64,000 bases of DNA from an uncultured Chloroflexia bacterium (lineage in GTDB: Bacteria; Chloroflexota; Limnocylindria; Limnocylindrales; CSP1-4), in the NCBI GenBank assembly GCA_963748625.1, contig CAVVJT010000004.1, forward strand, positions 672,001-736,000, in the 5' to 3' direction. The notes beneath the pieces are model-generated. The model was given only the letters and a program-made list of their open reading frames with translations. It had not been told where the DNA came from and did no database searches. The translations under genes and the position numbers were made by a program. Positions 12,103 to 23,331 of this stretch are shown in pieces (within the stretch, counting starts at the first letter, position 1; each line of letters starts with the position of its first letter).

Positions 12103-13883
12103 TCACCGAGGTGCCCGCGATGCCGCGGCGAGCGGTCCGCCGCGACCCGGCGGGCCACCGCGTACGCGGCCGACTGACCCGTCAGCGCCTCGAGGAACGG
12201 GTGGCGTTCCAGGGTGAACAGGTCCATGTCGGTCAGCGCCGTGACGCTGGCCGTGCGGGCCACGTCGTGAAGGAGCGCGATCTCGCCGAAGCCGTCGCCC
12301 GGACCGAGCCGGTTGAGCTCCTGCCCGCCCCCCGTCACCACGCAGTCACCGCACTCGATCATGTAGAAGCAGTCGCCCGGCTCGCCCTCGGTGATCACCG
12401 CGCGTGCCGGCAGGCACCTGCTCGTGGACAGCATGGGCGGCCAGGCGCTCGAGGATGGGCAGCGGGAGCGGTGCGAACATGCCGATGCTGGCGCACGACC
12501 CTGAGCTCACGCTCGTGAACCGCACCTGCAGCCTCCGAGGCCATGAGCGCGCGACGCATCACCAGGGCTCCGGCAGGCAGGATCGCTCCGGTCAGCACCA
12601 GCGCCGCGGTGGGGCCTGCGATCTCGACCAGGAGCGGGGCGACCAGCGTGCCCAGCGCCAGACCGGCCATCGCCGCGCCCTCGACGACGCCGAAGATGCG
12701 GGTCAGGTAGCGATCGGGGGTGACGCGCTGGAGCAGCGTGCCGGCCGATCACGTCGATGACGGTCACGACCTGATCCGAGCACGAGGAAGCCGACGCACG
12801 CCCGAGGACCGGCAGCGGCAGGACGCCCGGCAGCGGCAAGGCCGGCTCCGGCCACCAGCGAGGCGAGCAGGAGCGCGCCCAGGAGGTGACGGCGTCCGAC
12901 GAGGCCGATCGCGAGGGCGGCTCCGACCAGTCCGCCGATGCCGATGGCTCCCGACAGCAGACCCACGCCGCCTTCCCCCATCCCGGCGATGTCGAGGCGC
13001 GAGCACCACCATCAGCACGTCCGCGGCGCCCTGGAGCAGGAACGACAGGCCGACCATGAGCACGAGGGGGCGGATGAGGCGGTTGCCGAGACCGGCGCGA
13101 AGGCCCGCCGCCATCTCGGATGCAAGGCCGGTGCCTGCACCTGCCTCCGACTCGGGACCCACACCCTCGCCCCAGGCTCCGTCCGCATGGCGGTGGTCCA
13201 GCGGTCCCCCGGAGGCGTGCACCTCAGCGGCGTGGACCGGTTGCGATACGTAGTCCACCGCGTCCGTGACGACCCGGAGCCGGGCCACGAGAGCAAACCC
13301 GGTGAACGCGGCGATCGTGCTGACCAGGTACACGCCTCCGGCGCCAGCCAGGCTCAGCAGGATCCCGCCCCCAATGGAGCCCACGACGATGCCCAGGTTC
13401 TCCATCGTCCCGGAGGCGACGTTGGCCGCGGTGAGCTCGGAAGGCGTCTTCGCGATCTGGGGCATCACGGACGCATGGGCGGGCCGGACCAGCGTGAGCG
13501 CGAGGCCCGTGATGACCGCGCCGGCGTAGACAGCCAGGGGTGGCTGGCCGGTGAGGAGCAGGACCGTGATCAGGAGGTTGGCGGCCGCGAACGCAGCGTA
13601 GGCGATCGCCAGGACGCGGGTCCGTCGCGACGCGGTCGCCCAGGGTCGCCGCGAGCGGGGCGAAGAACACAGCCGGTGCCAGCTGGGCGAAGGCGACCAG
13701 CCCGGACGCGGTCGCCCCGCCCTGGTCATAGGCGTAGACGAGGATGGCGACCCATGTGCCGAGCTCGACAACCGCGAACAGGAAATAGGCGACCTGGGTG
13801 CGGAGCAGCGTCCAGCTGCGGAGCACCGTCGCGAAGACGGCGAGCGATTGAAGTCGGGGGCGTCGCGGCCTGGGAACGGGCAT
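12103..13883 (-). CDS. MFS transporter fused to a C-terminal cyclic-nucleotide-binding domain; frameshifted
   Basis: TM helices (FLFAVVELGTWVAILVYAY; VRPAHASVMPQIAKTPSELTAAN); cNMP motif ITEGEPGDCFYMIECG...GDGFGEIALLHDVARTASV; 3' end approximate. Confidence 0.8.
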
Positions 13884-13960
13884 GGGCCTGCGGAGGATGA
13901 CACGCGGGGCGGCGCGCGTCCCGGGACGGCGCGCGTCCCGGCACGGGCGCGCCGCGCCGC

Positions 13961-14791
13961 TCAGCGGAACAGGGTCGTCAGGCCGCGCCCCCGCATGCGC
14001 GTGCCGGGTGGCGGGAGCACCGCAAGGTGGGCGTCGCGCACGGCATCCGCTGTCGCCGACCGGAACCCGTCGGCGATGCGATGGGCAAGGCGCCGCTCCT
14101 CGGCCGTCCCCGGCGCGGGCACGGCGTCCGGGACCGGAGACCCGTCTGCGGCAGCCCACGCCTGCCAGGGCTGGGCGGGGAGCACCCGCAGGACGAGGCG
14201 CCGGCCGAGGAACAGGACCTCGTTGCCCCCGAGGACCACCGGCACGATGGGCGCGCCCGTCCGCAGGGCGATGTAGCCGAGACCGGCTGCGACCGGGCGC
14301 GCCGTCCCGGGCTCGGAGGGGAAGCCGGACTCCGGGAACAGGCAGAACACGGCGCCGTTGTCGATCACCCGCACGGCGGCCTCCATGTGCGTCGCAAACG
14401 CCCGCGGGCCGCCACGCGACGGGATCGGGATCACCCCGCCCACCCGCCGCAGGACCCAGCGCCGGAGCGGTGAGCGCGCCATCGTGCGAGCGTCCCCAAA
14501 GAACACCAGGCGGGGCTCGGCCGGCAGCGTCATCCAGACCAGGAACGGGTCCACCCAGGCGCGATGCGGGAGGCCCGCCGCGATCCAGCCGCCCGCCCGG
14601 TGGCCGTCGGGTGTGCGCGGCAGGTGCTCCAGGCCCTGCACCTCGAGGTGGAAGCGGAGCGCGAATGCCGCCACCCGCCAGGTGCCGCGCAGCAGCCGGT
14701 AGGCGAACCCCGCGTGCGGCGTCGCCCCGCCTGCCAGGCCGGCCGAGAGCTCGGGGATCCCGGGCGGGTCGGGCTCAGGCGCGCGCGGCAT
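13961..14791 (-). CDS. Lysophospholipid acyltransferase (PlsC family)
   Basis: HRAWVD (HX4D), LFPESG, ALRTGAPIVPV. Confidence 0.88.
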   Translation of the reverse strand: MPRAPEPDPPGIPELSAGLAGGATPHAGFAYRLLRGTWRVAAFALRFHLEVQGLEHLPRTPDGHRAGGWIAAGLPHRAWVDPFLVWMTLPAEPRLVFFGDARTMARSPLRRWVLRRVGGVIPIPSRGGPRAFATHMEAAVRVIDNGAVFCLFPESGFPSEPGTARPVAAGLGYIALRTGAPIVPVVLGGNEVLFLGRRLVLRVLPAQPWQAWAAADGSPVPDAVPAPGTAEERRLAHRIADGFRSATADAVRDAHLAVLPPPGTRMRGRGLTTLFR

Positions 14792-14794
14792 CGG

Positions 14795-15721
14795 TCAGGC
14801 CTCGTCGCGGTCCAGGCGGCCCGGGCGCAGGAACAGCCACGTCAAGCGCCGTTCCAGGAGCCGCCGCCGGCCCGGCGGATCGACCGTCCGCGGCTGCAAC
14901 GCCTCCACTGCCGGTCCGAGTCGTGCCTCGAGGGCAGCGGTGACCAGGCGGGCAAGCGCCAGCTCCTCGCGCGAGCCCTCTTCCGGCATGACGCCGTCCC
15001 AGCCATCGCCCAGCAGGTCCACGATCGACGTTGCCGGCAGGACCTTCGAGGCCATCCGGTGGCCGACGTACAGCGTCTCCGTGCCGGCCATCGCGACCGG
15101 GACGATCGGGGCGCCGGTGCGCAGGGCGATGAGCGAGGCGCCGTGGCGGAACGGCCCGATGCGACCCGGGGGTCCGCTGACCGTGCCCTCGGGCATCTGG
15201 ACGAAGACCCCGCCGTTGCGCAGCACCGCCCGCGCCGACGCCACGTGCACGTCGATGCCCAGGCCACCGCGCCAGACCGGCAGCAGGCCGCCGAGGCGGT
15301 GGATCAGGGACTCGCGCCAGCGGCTGGTGAAGGTTGACGGGCCACTCCCCAGGATCCACGCCCGAGGCTCAGCCGGGATGGCGTGCATGACGACGAACGG
15401 GTCGATCCAGCCCCGGTGGGCGGCAGCGACCAGCAGGTACCCGCCGCCGCGCGGGAGGTGCTCCTGGCCCGACGTCTCCACGTGGAGCCGGCACAGCCCG
15501 AAGAGAACGAAGCGGGCGAGGAGGCGCAGCGCGCGATACAGGAGCGACGCCTTGGACTCGGGGTCGCGGCCCAGCCACTCGAGGCCCTCGCGGGCGCCAT
15601 CGCGACGCGCGGCCGCAAGGACGTCCGGGGTCAGGCGGGACGGTGGCCGGCGGCGGACGGGAGCAGCGTCAGGGGCGCCCGGTGCCGGTTCCGGGTTCGA
15701 CACCGGCTTCGGGCTCGTCAT
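14795..15721 (-). CDS. Lysophospholipid acyltransferase (PlsC family), second paralogue
   Basis: HRGWID, MPEGT, ALRTGAPIVPVA; probable own ATG at 15721, although in frame with lgt in this sequence. Confidence 0.82.
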   Translation of the reverse strand: MTSPKPVSNPEPAPGAPDAAPVRRRPPSRLTPDVLAAARRDGAREGLEWLGRDPESKASLLYRALRLLARFVLFGLCRLHVETSGQEHLPRGGGYLLVAAAHRGWIDPFVVMHAIPAEPRAWILGSGPSTFTSRWRESLIHRLGGLLPVWRGGLGIDVHVASARAVLRNGGVFVQMPEGTVSGPPGRIGPFRHGASLIALRTGAPIVPVAMAGTETLYVGHRMASKVLPATSIVDLLGDGWDGVMPEEGSREELALARLVTAALEARLGPAVEALQPRTVDPPGRRRLLERRLTWLFLRPGRLDRDEA

Positions 15722-16660
15722 CGCCTGTCTCGACCTCCTCGCCGTCGGCGGGTCCATCGGTCCCGTTCTCGTCCGTGACCCTGCGGCGCTGGGCGGCTCG
15801 CCCCACCGCTCGGCGCCTGCGGCAGCGGGCCTGTGACGCCAGGCCAGGACCACGACGGCCCCCACGATCACCACCACCGACACGATGGTCGCGGTGGGGA
15901 TCCCGTTGATGGTCCAGTTCCCCGTCCGCAACGTCTCGAGCAGGAGGCGGACCGTGGCATACCAGATGAACCAGATCAGGAGCAGGTCGCCCGGCCGCAT
16001 CCGTGCGCCAAATCGACGCGCAAGCCAGAGCAGCGTTACCGCGCCGACCACACCGCTGATCGACTCGTACAGGAACAGCGGCTGGAACCCCTGGGTCAGC
16101 GGGTACTGGTCGGAGCAGGCGTACGGGACGACGCGATGCGCGCAGTCGATGGCGATGCCCCATGGCAGGTCGGTCGGGGGCCCGTAGAGCTCCTGGTTGA
16201 AGAAGTTGCCCCAGCGCCCGATGGCCTGCATCACGAACAGGCCTGGAGCGATGACGTCAGCCCACTTCCAGAACGGCTGCTTCCAGAGTCGGAGGATGAC
16301 GAAGACGGCAATCGTCCCGGTGAGGATGCCGCCGTACACGCCCAAGCCCTCGTAGGGCGGCAGCACGATGCTGAGCAGGTTGTCCTTGTACCGGTCCCAC
16401 TGGTCGATCACGTGGTACATGCGCCCGCCGATGAGCGCGGCGATGCCAACGATGATGATCCCGTTGTCCACGAGCCTCGAGTTCAGCCCGCGCCGACGCG
16501 CCTCCCGGGTGATCACCACGTAGGTGGCAGCGAGGCCCACGGCGTAGCAGACGCCGTACCAGAAGATCGGCACCGGCCCGATCTGGAAGGCGATCGGATC
16601 GGGCGTGATCATGATGGTCGCGAGGACCACGGTCAGGGCGGCGGCGAGCGTGGGGAACAT
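15669..16660 (-). CDS. lgt: Prolipoprotein diacylglyceryl transferase
   Basis: IFWYG, GGRMYHV, QAIGRWGNFFNQELYG, PLFLYES; an acidic tail ending at 15669 lies in another frame (indel near 15780). Confidence 0.93.
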
Positions 16661-16673
16661 CGCCGCGAGTGTA

Positions 16674-16733
16674 CCCGGCCCCGGCCTCGTCCCGGCCTCG
16701 TCCCCGTCCCGGCCTCGTCCCCGTCCCGTCCCG
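16674..16733. repeat. Short tandem repeats (CCCGGCCTCGT / CCCGT units) in the divergent intergenic region
   Basis: cccggcc-ccggcctcgt-cccggcctcgt-ccccgt-cccggcctcgt-ccccgt-cccgt-cccg. Confidence 0.7.
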
Positions 16734-16798
16734 CGGTCTGTTCGGCTATCCTCGGCCGCGATGCAGCACGACGCACGGCCGGACGCGGGGACCTCCCT

Positions 16799-17128
16799 GT
16801 GAGCGGCGAGTTCCACTTCTGGCTGATCATCGTCGGCCTCATCGCCGGCGCGGCGCTCACATGGCTGGTCATGTCGGAGACGACCCGCCGTGACGAGGAG
16901 GTCGGCGAGCGCGAGCTTGACGCGGAGGCCGCCTGGATCTCCAACTCGATTGGCGATCCGCACGTCGATGCGGCGGTGACCGGACAGATCCTGCGGGCCC
17001 ATCGGCGCTACCTGGGCTTTCCGCCTCCGGACGCCCTCGTGGATCCCGATGAGCTGGTCGCGCTCGAGGAGCAGGCGGCAATCGCGGCGCCTGCCGCCAC
17101 GTCGCCGGACACTGTCGAGCGGCGGTAG
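16799..17128 (+). CDS. Hypothetical protein with an N-terminal membrane anchor
   Basis: VSGEFHFWLIIVGLIAGAALTWLVM followed by a charged domain; GC3-biased codons. Confidence 0.7.
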   Translation: MSGEFHFWLIIVGLIAGAALTWLVMSETTRRDEEVGERELDAEAAWISNSIGDPHVDAAVTGQILRAHRRYLGFPPPDALVDPDELVALEEQAAIAAPAATSPDTVERR

Positions 17129-17138
17129 CCGCAGCCCG

Positions 17139-17652
17139 TCAGACGCGTATTGGGCCCCGGCCTACGCCGCGTCCCCTCCATCGGGACGGGGCATGGGCAG
17201 CGGGCGTCCCTCGAAGCCGGTGCTGAACACGACGTCCGTCTCGGTCGAGAACACGTTCTGCGTCGTCTGGACTGCCCGGACCACGCGCCCCCAGGTGCTC
17301 CATGTCCGCGGCGCGGATCTTGAGGATGTAGTCGGCCTCGCCGGCGATGTAGTGGCACTCCTCGATCTCGGGGATCGCCGCGAACGCGGGCGTCAGGTCG
17401 GTCGCGATCGTGCCCGGCGCCTGCGTGACCCAGGTGAACGCGAGCACGACGAGGCCGAGCGGCCTGGCGGGTCCACGTCGCCCGAGTAGCCGCGGATCAC
17501 GCCCCGCGACTCGAGCTTCTTGACCCGCTCGTGCGCGGACGGACCCGCCATGCCGAGGTCGGTGCCGAGGTCCGCGTACGACCGCCGGCCATCCGCCTGG
17601 AGGATGCCGACGATGCGGGCATCGGTGTCGCTGAGAGGGACGTTCTTGCCAA
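17139..17652 (-). CDS. Lrp/AsnC family regulator; frameshifted
   Basis: DTDARIVGILQADGRRSYADLG...AHERVKKLESRGVIRGY; IEECHYIAGEADYILKI. Confidence 0.85.
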
Positions 17653-17657
17653 CGTAG

Positions 17658-17706
17658 TACCTATTCGTTAGGTAGATCGGTTGCTTGGACCTTCGATTCT
17701 TAGGTA
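17658..17706. promoter_or_regulatory. Two AT-rich palindromic operator-like sites between the Lrp gene and the divergent small ORF
   Basis: TACCTA-TTCGT-TAGGTA (17658-17674) and ACCT-TCGATTCTT-AGGTA (17689-17706). Confidence 0.55.
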
Positions 17707-17804
17707 ATCTTGCGCAACAGGGATATCAGGAGCGCTCGACCCCGCCGGACCTACCGGCGGGACTCACACGGGTCCACGGCGCTCCGGGTAGCGAAGGTGC
17801 AGAC

Positions 17805-17942
17805 ATGGTGCTCGTCGTCGTGTTCACGCTCCTCGCGGTGTTCTCGATCGTCAGCATCGTGATGAGCGCCGAGGAGCCGGGCGCGCCCGAGCGATACCAG
17901 TAGGAGAATCCGCTCCTCTGGGCGACGCTCGGCCGCCGCTAG
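17805..17942 (+). CDS. Small single-TM protein of about 45 aa (probable frameshift near 17885-17900)
   Basis: GAAGGTG SD; MVLVVVFTLLAVFSIVSIVMSAEEP, then ENPLLWATLGRR* in another frame; followed by a hairpin. Confidence 0.55.
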
Positions 17943-17965
17943 GCGAACCACAGCCTACTCCACGA

Positions 17966-17989
17966 ACGCCCCGGCACTCGCCGGGGCGT
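17966..17989. terminator. Hairpin between convergent genes
   Basis: ACGCCCCGGC-ACTC-GCCGGGGCGT. Confidence 0.6.
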
Positions 17990-18113
17990 CGTGATTCTCG
18001 GGAGGCGCGTCGCGGTCGCAGCGGGCATGGGCCAGTGTCCGCGGGCGCAGGCGTGGCGCACCGGCGGCGCCGGGCGCGCCGTGCACCGGCGGAGGCGCGC
18101 CCCGCAGGCGTCG

Positions 18114-18984
18114 TCAGCCCTTGCCGTACCCCTCGGCGAGGCCGCGGATGAACTGCCGCTGGCCGAGCAGGAACACGACGATCATCGGGATGGCCGCCAT
18201 CGTGAGCGCGGCGAACAGCACCGGCCAGTCGGACAGGACGCGGCCCTGCATCGCGAGCAGCCCGACGGGCAGCGTCTTGAGGTCCCCGTCGTTGATGAAC
18301 ACCAGCGCGAACGCGAACTCGTTCCATGCGAACAGGGCCTGGAGCAGCGCCGCGGACACGATGATCGGGCGCGACAGGGGCATGATCACCAGCCAGAAGA
18401 TCTGCCAGCGGTTGGCGCCGTCGACGATCGCCGCATCCTCCATCTCGCGCGACAGCGTGACCATGTAGGCGCGGATGAGGAACATCGTGAACGAGATCCG
18501 GAACGCCGTGTACAGGACGATCAGCGCCCAGTAGGTGTCGAAGATCCCGAGCGCCTGGAGCAGGCGGAACAGCGGGATGAGGGCGACGGCGGGCGCCAGC
18601 ATCATGCCGCCCAGGAGGATGATGGTGATCGGGCCGGCAAACGGGATCCGGAGCCGCGTCAGGCCGTACGCGGCCATGGAGCTGACGAGGATCGTCGCGA
18701 CCACGGACCCGACCGTGACGATGACGCTGTTGAACAGGTAGCGGACGACGCCCAGCTCCCACGCCTTCGGGAAGTTCTCCCAGCGCCACGCTGGGGCAGT
18801 CCCCACGGGTCACCGAACAGCTCGGCGTTCGACTTGAAGCCGTTGAGGACCATCCAGATCAGCGGGTAGATGATCGCGACCGCCAGGACGAGCGAGCGCG
18901 ACGTAGACGATCGTGCGGCCGATCGACCGGCCACCATCTGCCCGATCCCCCGCCCGATACCGCGGAGCGCGCCGCGCCGGCCAT
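18114..18984 (-). CDS. Carbohydrate ABC transporter permease (MalG-like); frameshifted
   Basis: IIYPLIWMVLNGFKS; EAA loop EMEDAAIVDGANRWQIF; FAWNEF. Confidence 0.9.
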
Positions 18985-19881
18985 CAGTACTCCACCGCCT
19001 TGCCGCGACCCAGGTAGAGCTGGATGATCGAGGCCACCAGCGTGATCCCGAAGATGACGACGGCGATCGCCGCCGCGTAGCCCATCTGGTCGTTGAAGAA
19101 CGCGGACTTGTACAGCCAGGTGCCCAGCGTGTGGCTGGCGTTGTTGGGTCCGCCGCCGGTCATCACCTGGACCTCGTTGAACACGAGGAACGCGCCCGGC
19201 GATCGTGATGATCATCGCCAGCAGCGTCATCTCCCGGACGAGCGGCAGCGTGATCCGGCGGAATGCCTGGACCCTCGACGCCCCGTCCAGGTACGCGGCC
19301 TCGTACAGCTCCTTCGGGATCCGCTGCATCGCGACGATGAACAGGACGGCGACATAGCCGATCGACTGCCACTGGCTCATCGCGATGATCGCCCAGATCG
19401 CGGTCGCGGACTCACCCAGCCAGGAGTGCTTCCAGGCATCGAGGCCGAGGGCGTCGAGCAGCCCGTTGACCAGGCCGATCTGCGGGTTGTACATGAACTG
19501 GAACAGCAGGCCGGTGATCGGTCAGCGACAGGATCGCCGGCACGAAGTAGACCGTCCGGAGGATGCCCATGCGACCGCGCATGGACCATCTCCTCGAGCA
19601 CGGCGGCGAGGATGAGGCCGCCGCCGACCTGGACGATGACCGAGACGATCGCGTAGGCGACGTTGTTGAACAGCGAGCTCGCGAAGACTGGGTCCGCCGC
19701 CAGCGTCTGGTAGTTGCCGAGCCCGACGCACACCTCGTCGCGGCGAGAACGCGTTCCAGCGGTACAGGCTCAGGCGGACGTTGTCGACGACGGGGTAGTA
19801 GACGAAGACGACCAGCAGCAGGACGGCCGGGGCGACCCACAGCAGCGTCGACCACCGGCCGAGTCGAGACGTACCCGGCAT
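18984..19881 (-). CDS. Carbohydrate ABC transporter permease (MalF-like); frameshifted
   Basis: VGLGNY, MYNPQIGLVN, ELYEAAYLDGAS, MTGGGP. Confidence 0.9.
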
Positions 19882-19910
19882 CGGTGCTCCCTTCCGCGCG
19901 TCCGGATGAG

Positions 19911-19946
19911 CGGGAGGGCGGCGCGCGGGACCGCGCCGCCCTCCCG
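19911..19946. other. Stem-loop after the SBP gene (mRNA stabiliser or attenuator)
   Basis: CGGGAGGGCGGCGCG-CGGGAC-CGCGCCGCCCTCCCG, 15-bp stem. Confidence 0.65.
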
Positions 19947-19957
19947 GGAGGCGGTTG

Positions 19958-21354
19958 CTACTGGCAGGCCTTGGCGGTGGCCGCAGCAGCCCGGATGTCG
20001 TCCACGACCTGGGCGGGCGTCTTGGTGCCGTCGAGCTTCGCCTGGACGCCGTTGAGGTAGGCGTTGGCGACGTCGATGTGGGTGACGGTGTCGAGCCAGA
20101 TCGCCATGCCGATGGCCTTGGCGATGTCCTCGATCACGGTCACATTCTGCGGGAACGTGTTCTCGGCGGTGGCCGAACCCATGACCGGGCTGAGCCAGCC
20201 GAGGTCCGCCACCATCTTCTCGGCGTTGTCGAGGCTGGTGAGGAACTTGAGGAAGTCGATGGCGATGTCGACGTGCTCGGAGCCCGGGTTGACGAGGAAC
20301 CCGTCCGGGGCGCCCGTCAGGTACGCCGGTGTCACCGGCGGGAGCCGCAGGGGCCGGGAGCTTGAAGAAGTCCCAGTTCGCGGCACATCGGCCGGGGCGC
20401 CGCCCTTCTCGGTGAGGACGAAGAACTCGACCGCCTCGATGTAGTGCATCGGGGACTTGGCCGTCGAGGAACTGCGCCTGGCCGTCTCGTGCGTGATGCC
20501 GTTCGAGCCTGCGACAGGCAGTGGGTGTTGATGTCGCCGAACGCCTCGAGCGCCTGCGGTAGCCCGGGTCGGTGAACGCGCCGGTGGCGGGCTCGTAGTC
20601 CTGGCCAGGACGTCCGGGGCGACGAAGTAGGGGTTGAGCTGGGTCATGAAGTGGATCGCCGGCCAGCCGTTGAGGTTGCCGAACGTGATCGGGTCGGTGA
20701 TCGCCCTTCGCCTTGAAGGTGTCGCAGGCGGCGAGCAGCTCCTCGAGCGTCGTCGGCACGGCGACGCCGGCGTCCGTGAACATCTGCTTGTTGTAGACGA
20801 GGTACTTGGCGTCGAGCGTGATCGGCACGCCGTACAGCTTGCCGTCGTAGGTGTACGCCTCGAGGGCGGCCGGGGTGAAGCTGGACCTGCCAGTCACCGG
20901 TGACGTCGCCGGACAGGTCCTTGGCGAGGTCGCCGCGGACGAACTTCTTGGTGAAGTCGCCGGCCCACGAGAAGTAGACGTCCGGCAGCGAGTTCGAGGC
21001 CGCGAGGACGCGCAGCTTGTCCTTGACGCCCTGGTCGGTCTCGGCCAGGATGTCGATCTTGACCTTGGGGTTGGCGGCCATGTAGTCCGCCACGACGGCC
21101 TCGAAGTACGGCGCGTACCGCGGGTCGCCGTACTTGTGCAGGAAGGTGATGGTGCCCTCCAGCTCCGCAGCGGGCTCCTCGGTCGCAGCGGCCGCAGTCG
21201 CCTCCGCCGACGTGGCGGGAGCCGCGGTCGCGGGCGCGTCGGTCGCGGCAGGCGTGGTCGCCGCCGAGCCACCACACGCTGCGACGACGATCGCCACCGC
21301 GGCGATGAGGCCGGCGAGGCGCCGGCGCCGGTCCGGTCCGGCTGTCGAGATCAT
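19958..21354 (-). CDS. Carbohydrate ABC transporter substrate-binding lipoprotein; frameshifted
   Basis: SD GGAGGAG; lipobox VVAAC; Ala/Thr/Pro linker; LPDVYFSWAG, DGKLYGVP, YNKQMF. Confidence 0.88.
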
Positions 21355-21374
21355 GGAATGCTCCTCCTCTTGGA

Positions 21375-22236
21375 TCACGCGCCAGTACCCGCCTCGCTCG
21401 TCGCGGCACCTGCCGTGACGGCTGACGGGAACGGTGGAAAGGCCGCCGTGCCGTAGCCGAACGCCCCGTACCCGCCGCAGGTCGCGGACGCGTGACAGGG
21501 CCGCCGACGCCAGCGACGTCGCAAAGGACTCGTCCCGAAGGACACCGACGAGGAAACGGGCGATGAACGCATCACCCGCACCGAGGGAGTCGATCAACTC
21601 GGTGGGCACGGAGGGCTGCCGCCAGAACCGCTGTCCGTCGAACAGCAGGGCGTCGGCGGCGCCGCGGGTTGCCAGGGCCAGTTGCGGGCCGAGGCGATGC
21701 ACGCGCTCGAGCCACGCTTCAGCGGCGTCATCGTCGAGGTCGGCAAGCGAGAACTCGGCGATGTCGACATGGGGCAGGAGGGGTTCGAGGTACGCCGGGT
21801 CACGGCGCACGGAGAAGTCGAATGAGAGTCGGGTGGCACCTGCAAGCAGGTGGACCTGATCCTCGAGGTAGCTGGATTCGCTGCTGTGGACGAGGTCGAA
21901 ACCAGCAAGCCAGGCGAGATCGTCCTGGTCGAGCTCGAACGATGACACGCCCGCATCGCCGCCGATGAACTCGCGGTTTCCCTCGATCACCGCGACCTCC
22001 GCGTAGGCGTTGGGCCCGTGGAGGACCCGGAGACGGTCCGTCTCGAGGCCTTCTGCCCGGATCGCGCCCAGGACGTGGCGGCCTGCGACGTCGTCGCCGA
22101 GGGCGCCGAGGTAGGCGGACGGGATCCCGAACCGGTGGGCGTACACGGCGACGTTGAGCGCCTGGCCGCCCGGGAACATCGTCCCGAGGTCCCGGTAGCG
22201 GTCGACGACGTTGTCGCCGACCCCCGCCAGCTTCAT
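21375..22236 (-). CDS. frlD: PfkB-family fructoselysine 6-kinase-like protein; one frameshift near the C-terminus
   Basis: GVGDNVVDRY...PGGQALNVAV, DSLGAGDAF, GAFGYG; adjacent to FrlB-like genes. Confidence 0.82.
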
Positions 22237-22238
22237 GG

Positions 22239-23288
22239 CTAGTACTCGACCTTGAACATGTAGCGGCGGTTCTTGAGGTCGTGGCCGGTGGCCGCCTCGA
22301 AGTGCCGCGCGAGCCGGCTCATGACGGCATCGAGCGCGAAGTGCGACGCGAACGGGCGCATCGAGGGCTCGATACCGGGCAGGGCCAGGTCCTTGGAGTC
22401 GATGAACCAGGCATTCTTCGTGTACTTCTGGAGGAACGCCTTGGCGCGCTCGTCGATGGGCCGGGTGGCCTCCTCGCCGAGGAACTGGATGACCGCGGTG
22501 TCCTCGACCACGACCTCCATGGCGCCGTGCAGGAACTCGGCGGAATCGAAGCTTGCCGCGTGCATCCACTGCATCTCCTGCAGGTAGCACATGGACAGGC
22601 AGTAGGCCGTGCCATGGTTGGGGCCGGCGCCGATGATGTAGATGACCGGCGCGTCCTTGAGGGCTGCAGCGATCCGGGCGTTCAGGGGCTCCGCCTCGCT
22701 GACGGCATCGAGCAGCGCATCGGGCAGCGCCTCGAGGGCGCGGATGTGAGCCGCGTGCTCCTCATCGGAGAGGTCGCCGGTCGCGCGCAGGATCGCGAGG
22801 CCCACGTACATGAGCATGAACTGCTTCGGATCGCCTGCATCCCAGTCGTGCTCGTAGGTCCAGGCGACGTCGCCGGCCTTGGCGAGCGGGCTGTCGGGAT
22901 AGCGAGTCGTCGTGGCGACGGTGGCGCCCTTCGCCTTGGCGAACGCTGCGGCCTCGACCACCTCTGGCGTCGTCCCGGTGTGGGAGGCGAGGATCACGAG
23001 CGACCCGGGGCCGAGGGCCGCCGGGTTGCGGTGGATGAACTCGTTGGCCGAGACCGTGGAGACCGGCACCTTGGTCGAGCGGGTCTCGAGCAGGTACTGG
23101 AGACCCTCGTGGGTCAGGTAGCCACCCCCGGACCCTAGCAGGAAGATGTTGCGCAGGCCGTCGGCGACGACCTGTGCGGCGAAGGCCTCGATCTCGGCTC
23201 GCTGGGCGATCGCGCGGTCGAGCGCGAGGCGGTCGCCCGTCGGGATGGGCTTGAGCTCGGTGACGGGCGGGAGGACGTCGGTGGTCAC
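22239..23288 (-). CDS. frlB: SIS-domain fructosamine-6-phosphate deglycase
   Basis: SHTGTTPE, MCYLQEMQW, EFLHGAMEV, C-terminal RRYMFKVEY typical of FrlB. Confidence 0.85.
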   Translation of the reverse strand: MTTDVLPPVTELKPIPTGDRLALDRAIAQRAEIEAFAAQVVADGLRNIFLLGSGGGYLTHEGLQYLLETRSTKVPVSTVSANEFIHRNPAALGPGSLVILASHTGTTPEVVEAAAFAKAKGATVATTTRYPDSPLAKAGDVAWTYEHDWDAGDPKQFMLMYVGLAILRATGDLSDEEHAAHIRALEALPDALLDAVSEAEPLNARIAAALKDAPVIYIIGAGPNHGTAYCLSMCYLQEMQWMHAASFDSAEFLHGAMEVVVEDTAVIQFLGEEATRPIDERAKAFLQKYTKNAWFIDSKDLALPGIEPSMRPFASHFALDAVMSRLARHFEAATGHDLKNRRYMFKVEY

Positions 23289-23331
23289 GATGGCAGGCTC
23301 CGCTGCGGGTGGGTGATGGATCGGCCGCCGA

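Noticed and set aside
20644-22590. Apparent PfkB kinase-SBP fusion
   Set aside because: An indel near 21495 explains it. The kinase C-terminus (GAFGYG...) is in another frame, and the SBP has its own SD, ATG and lipobox.
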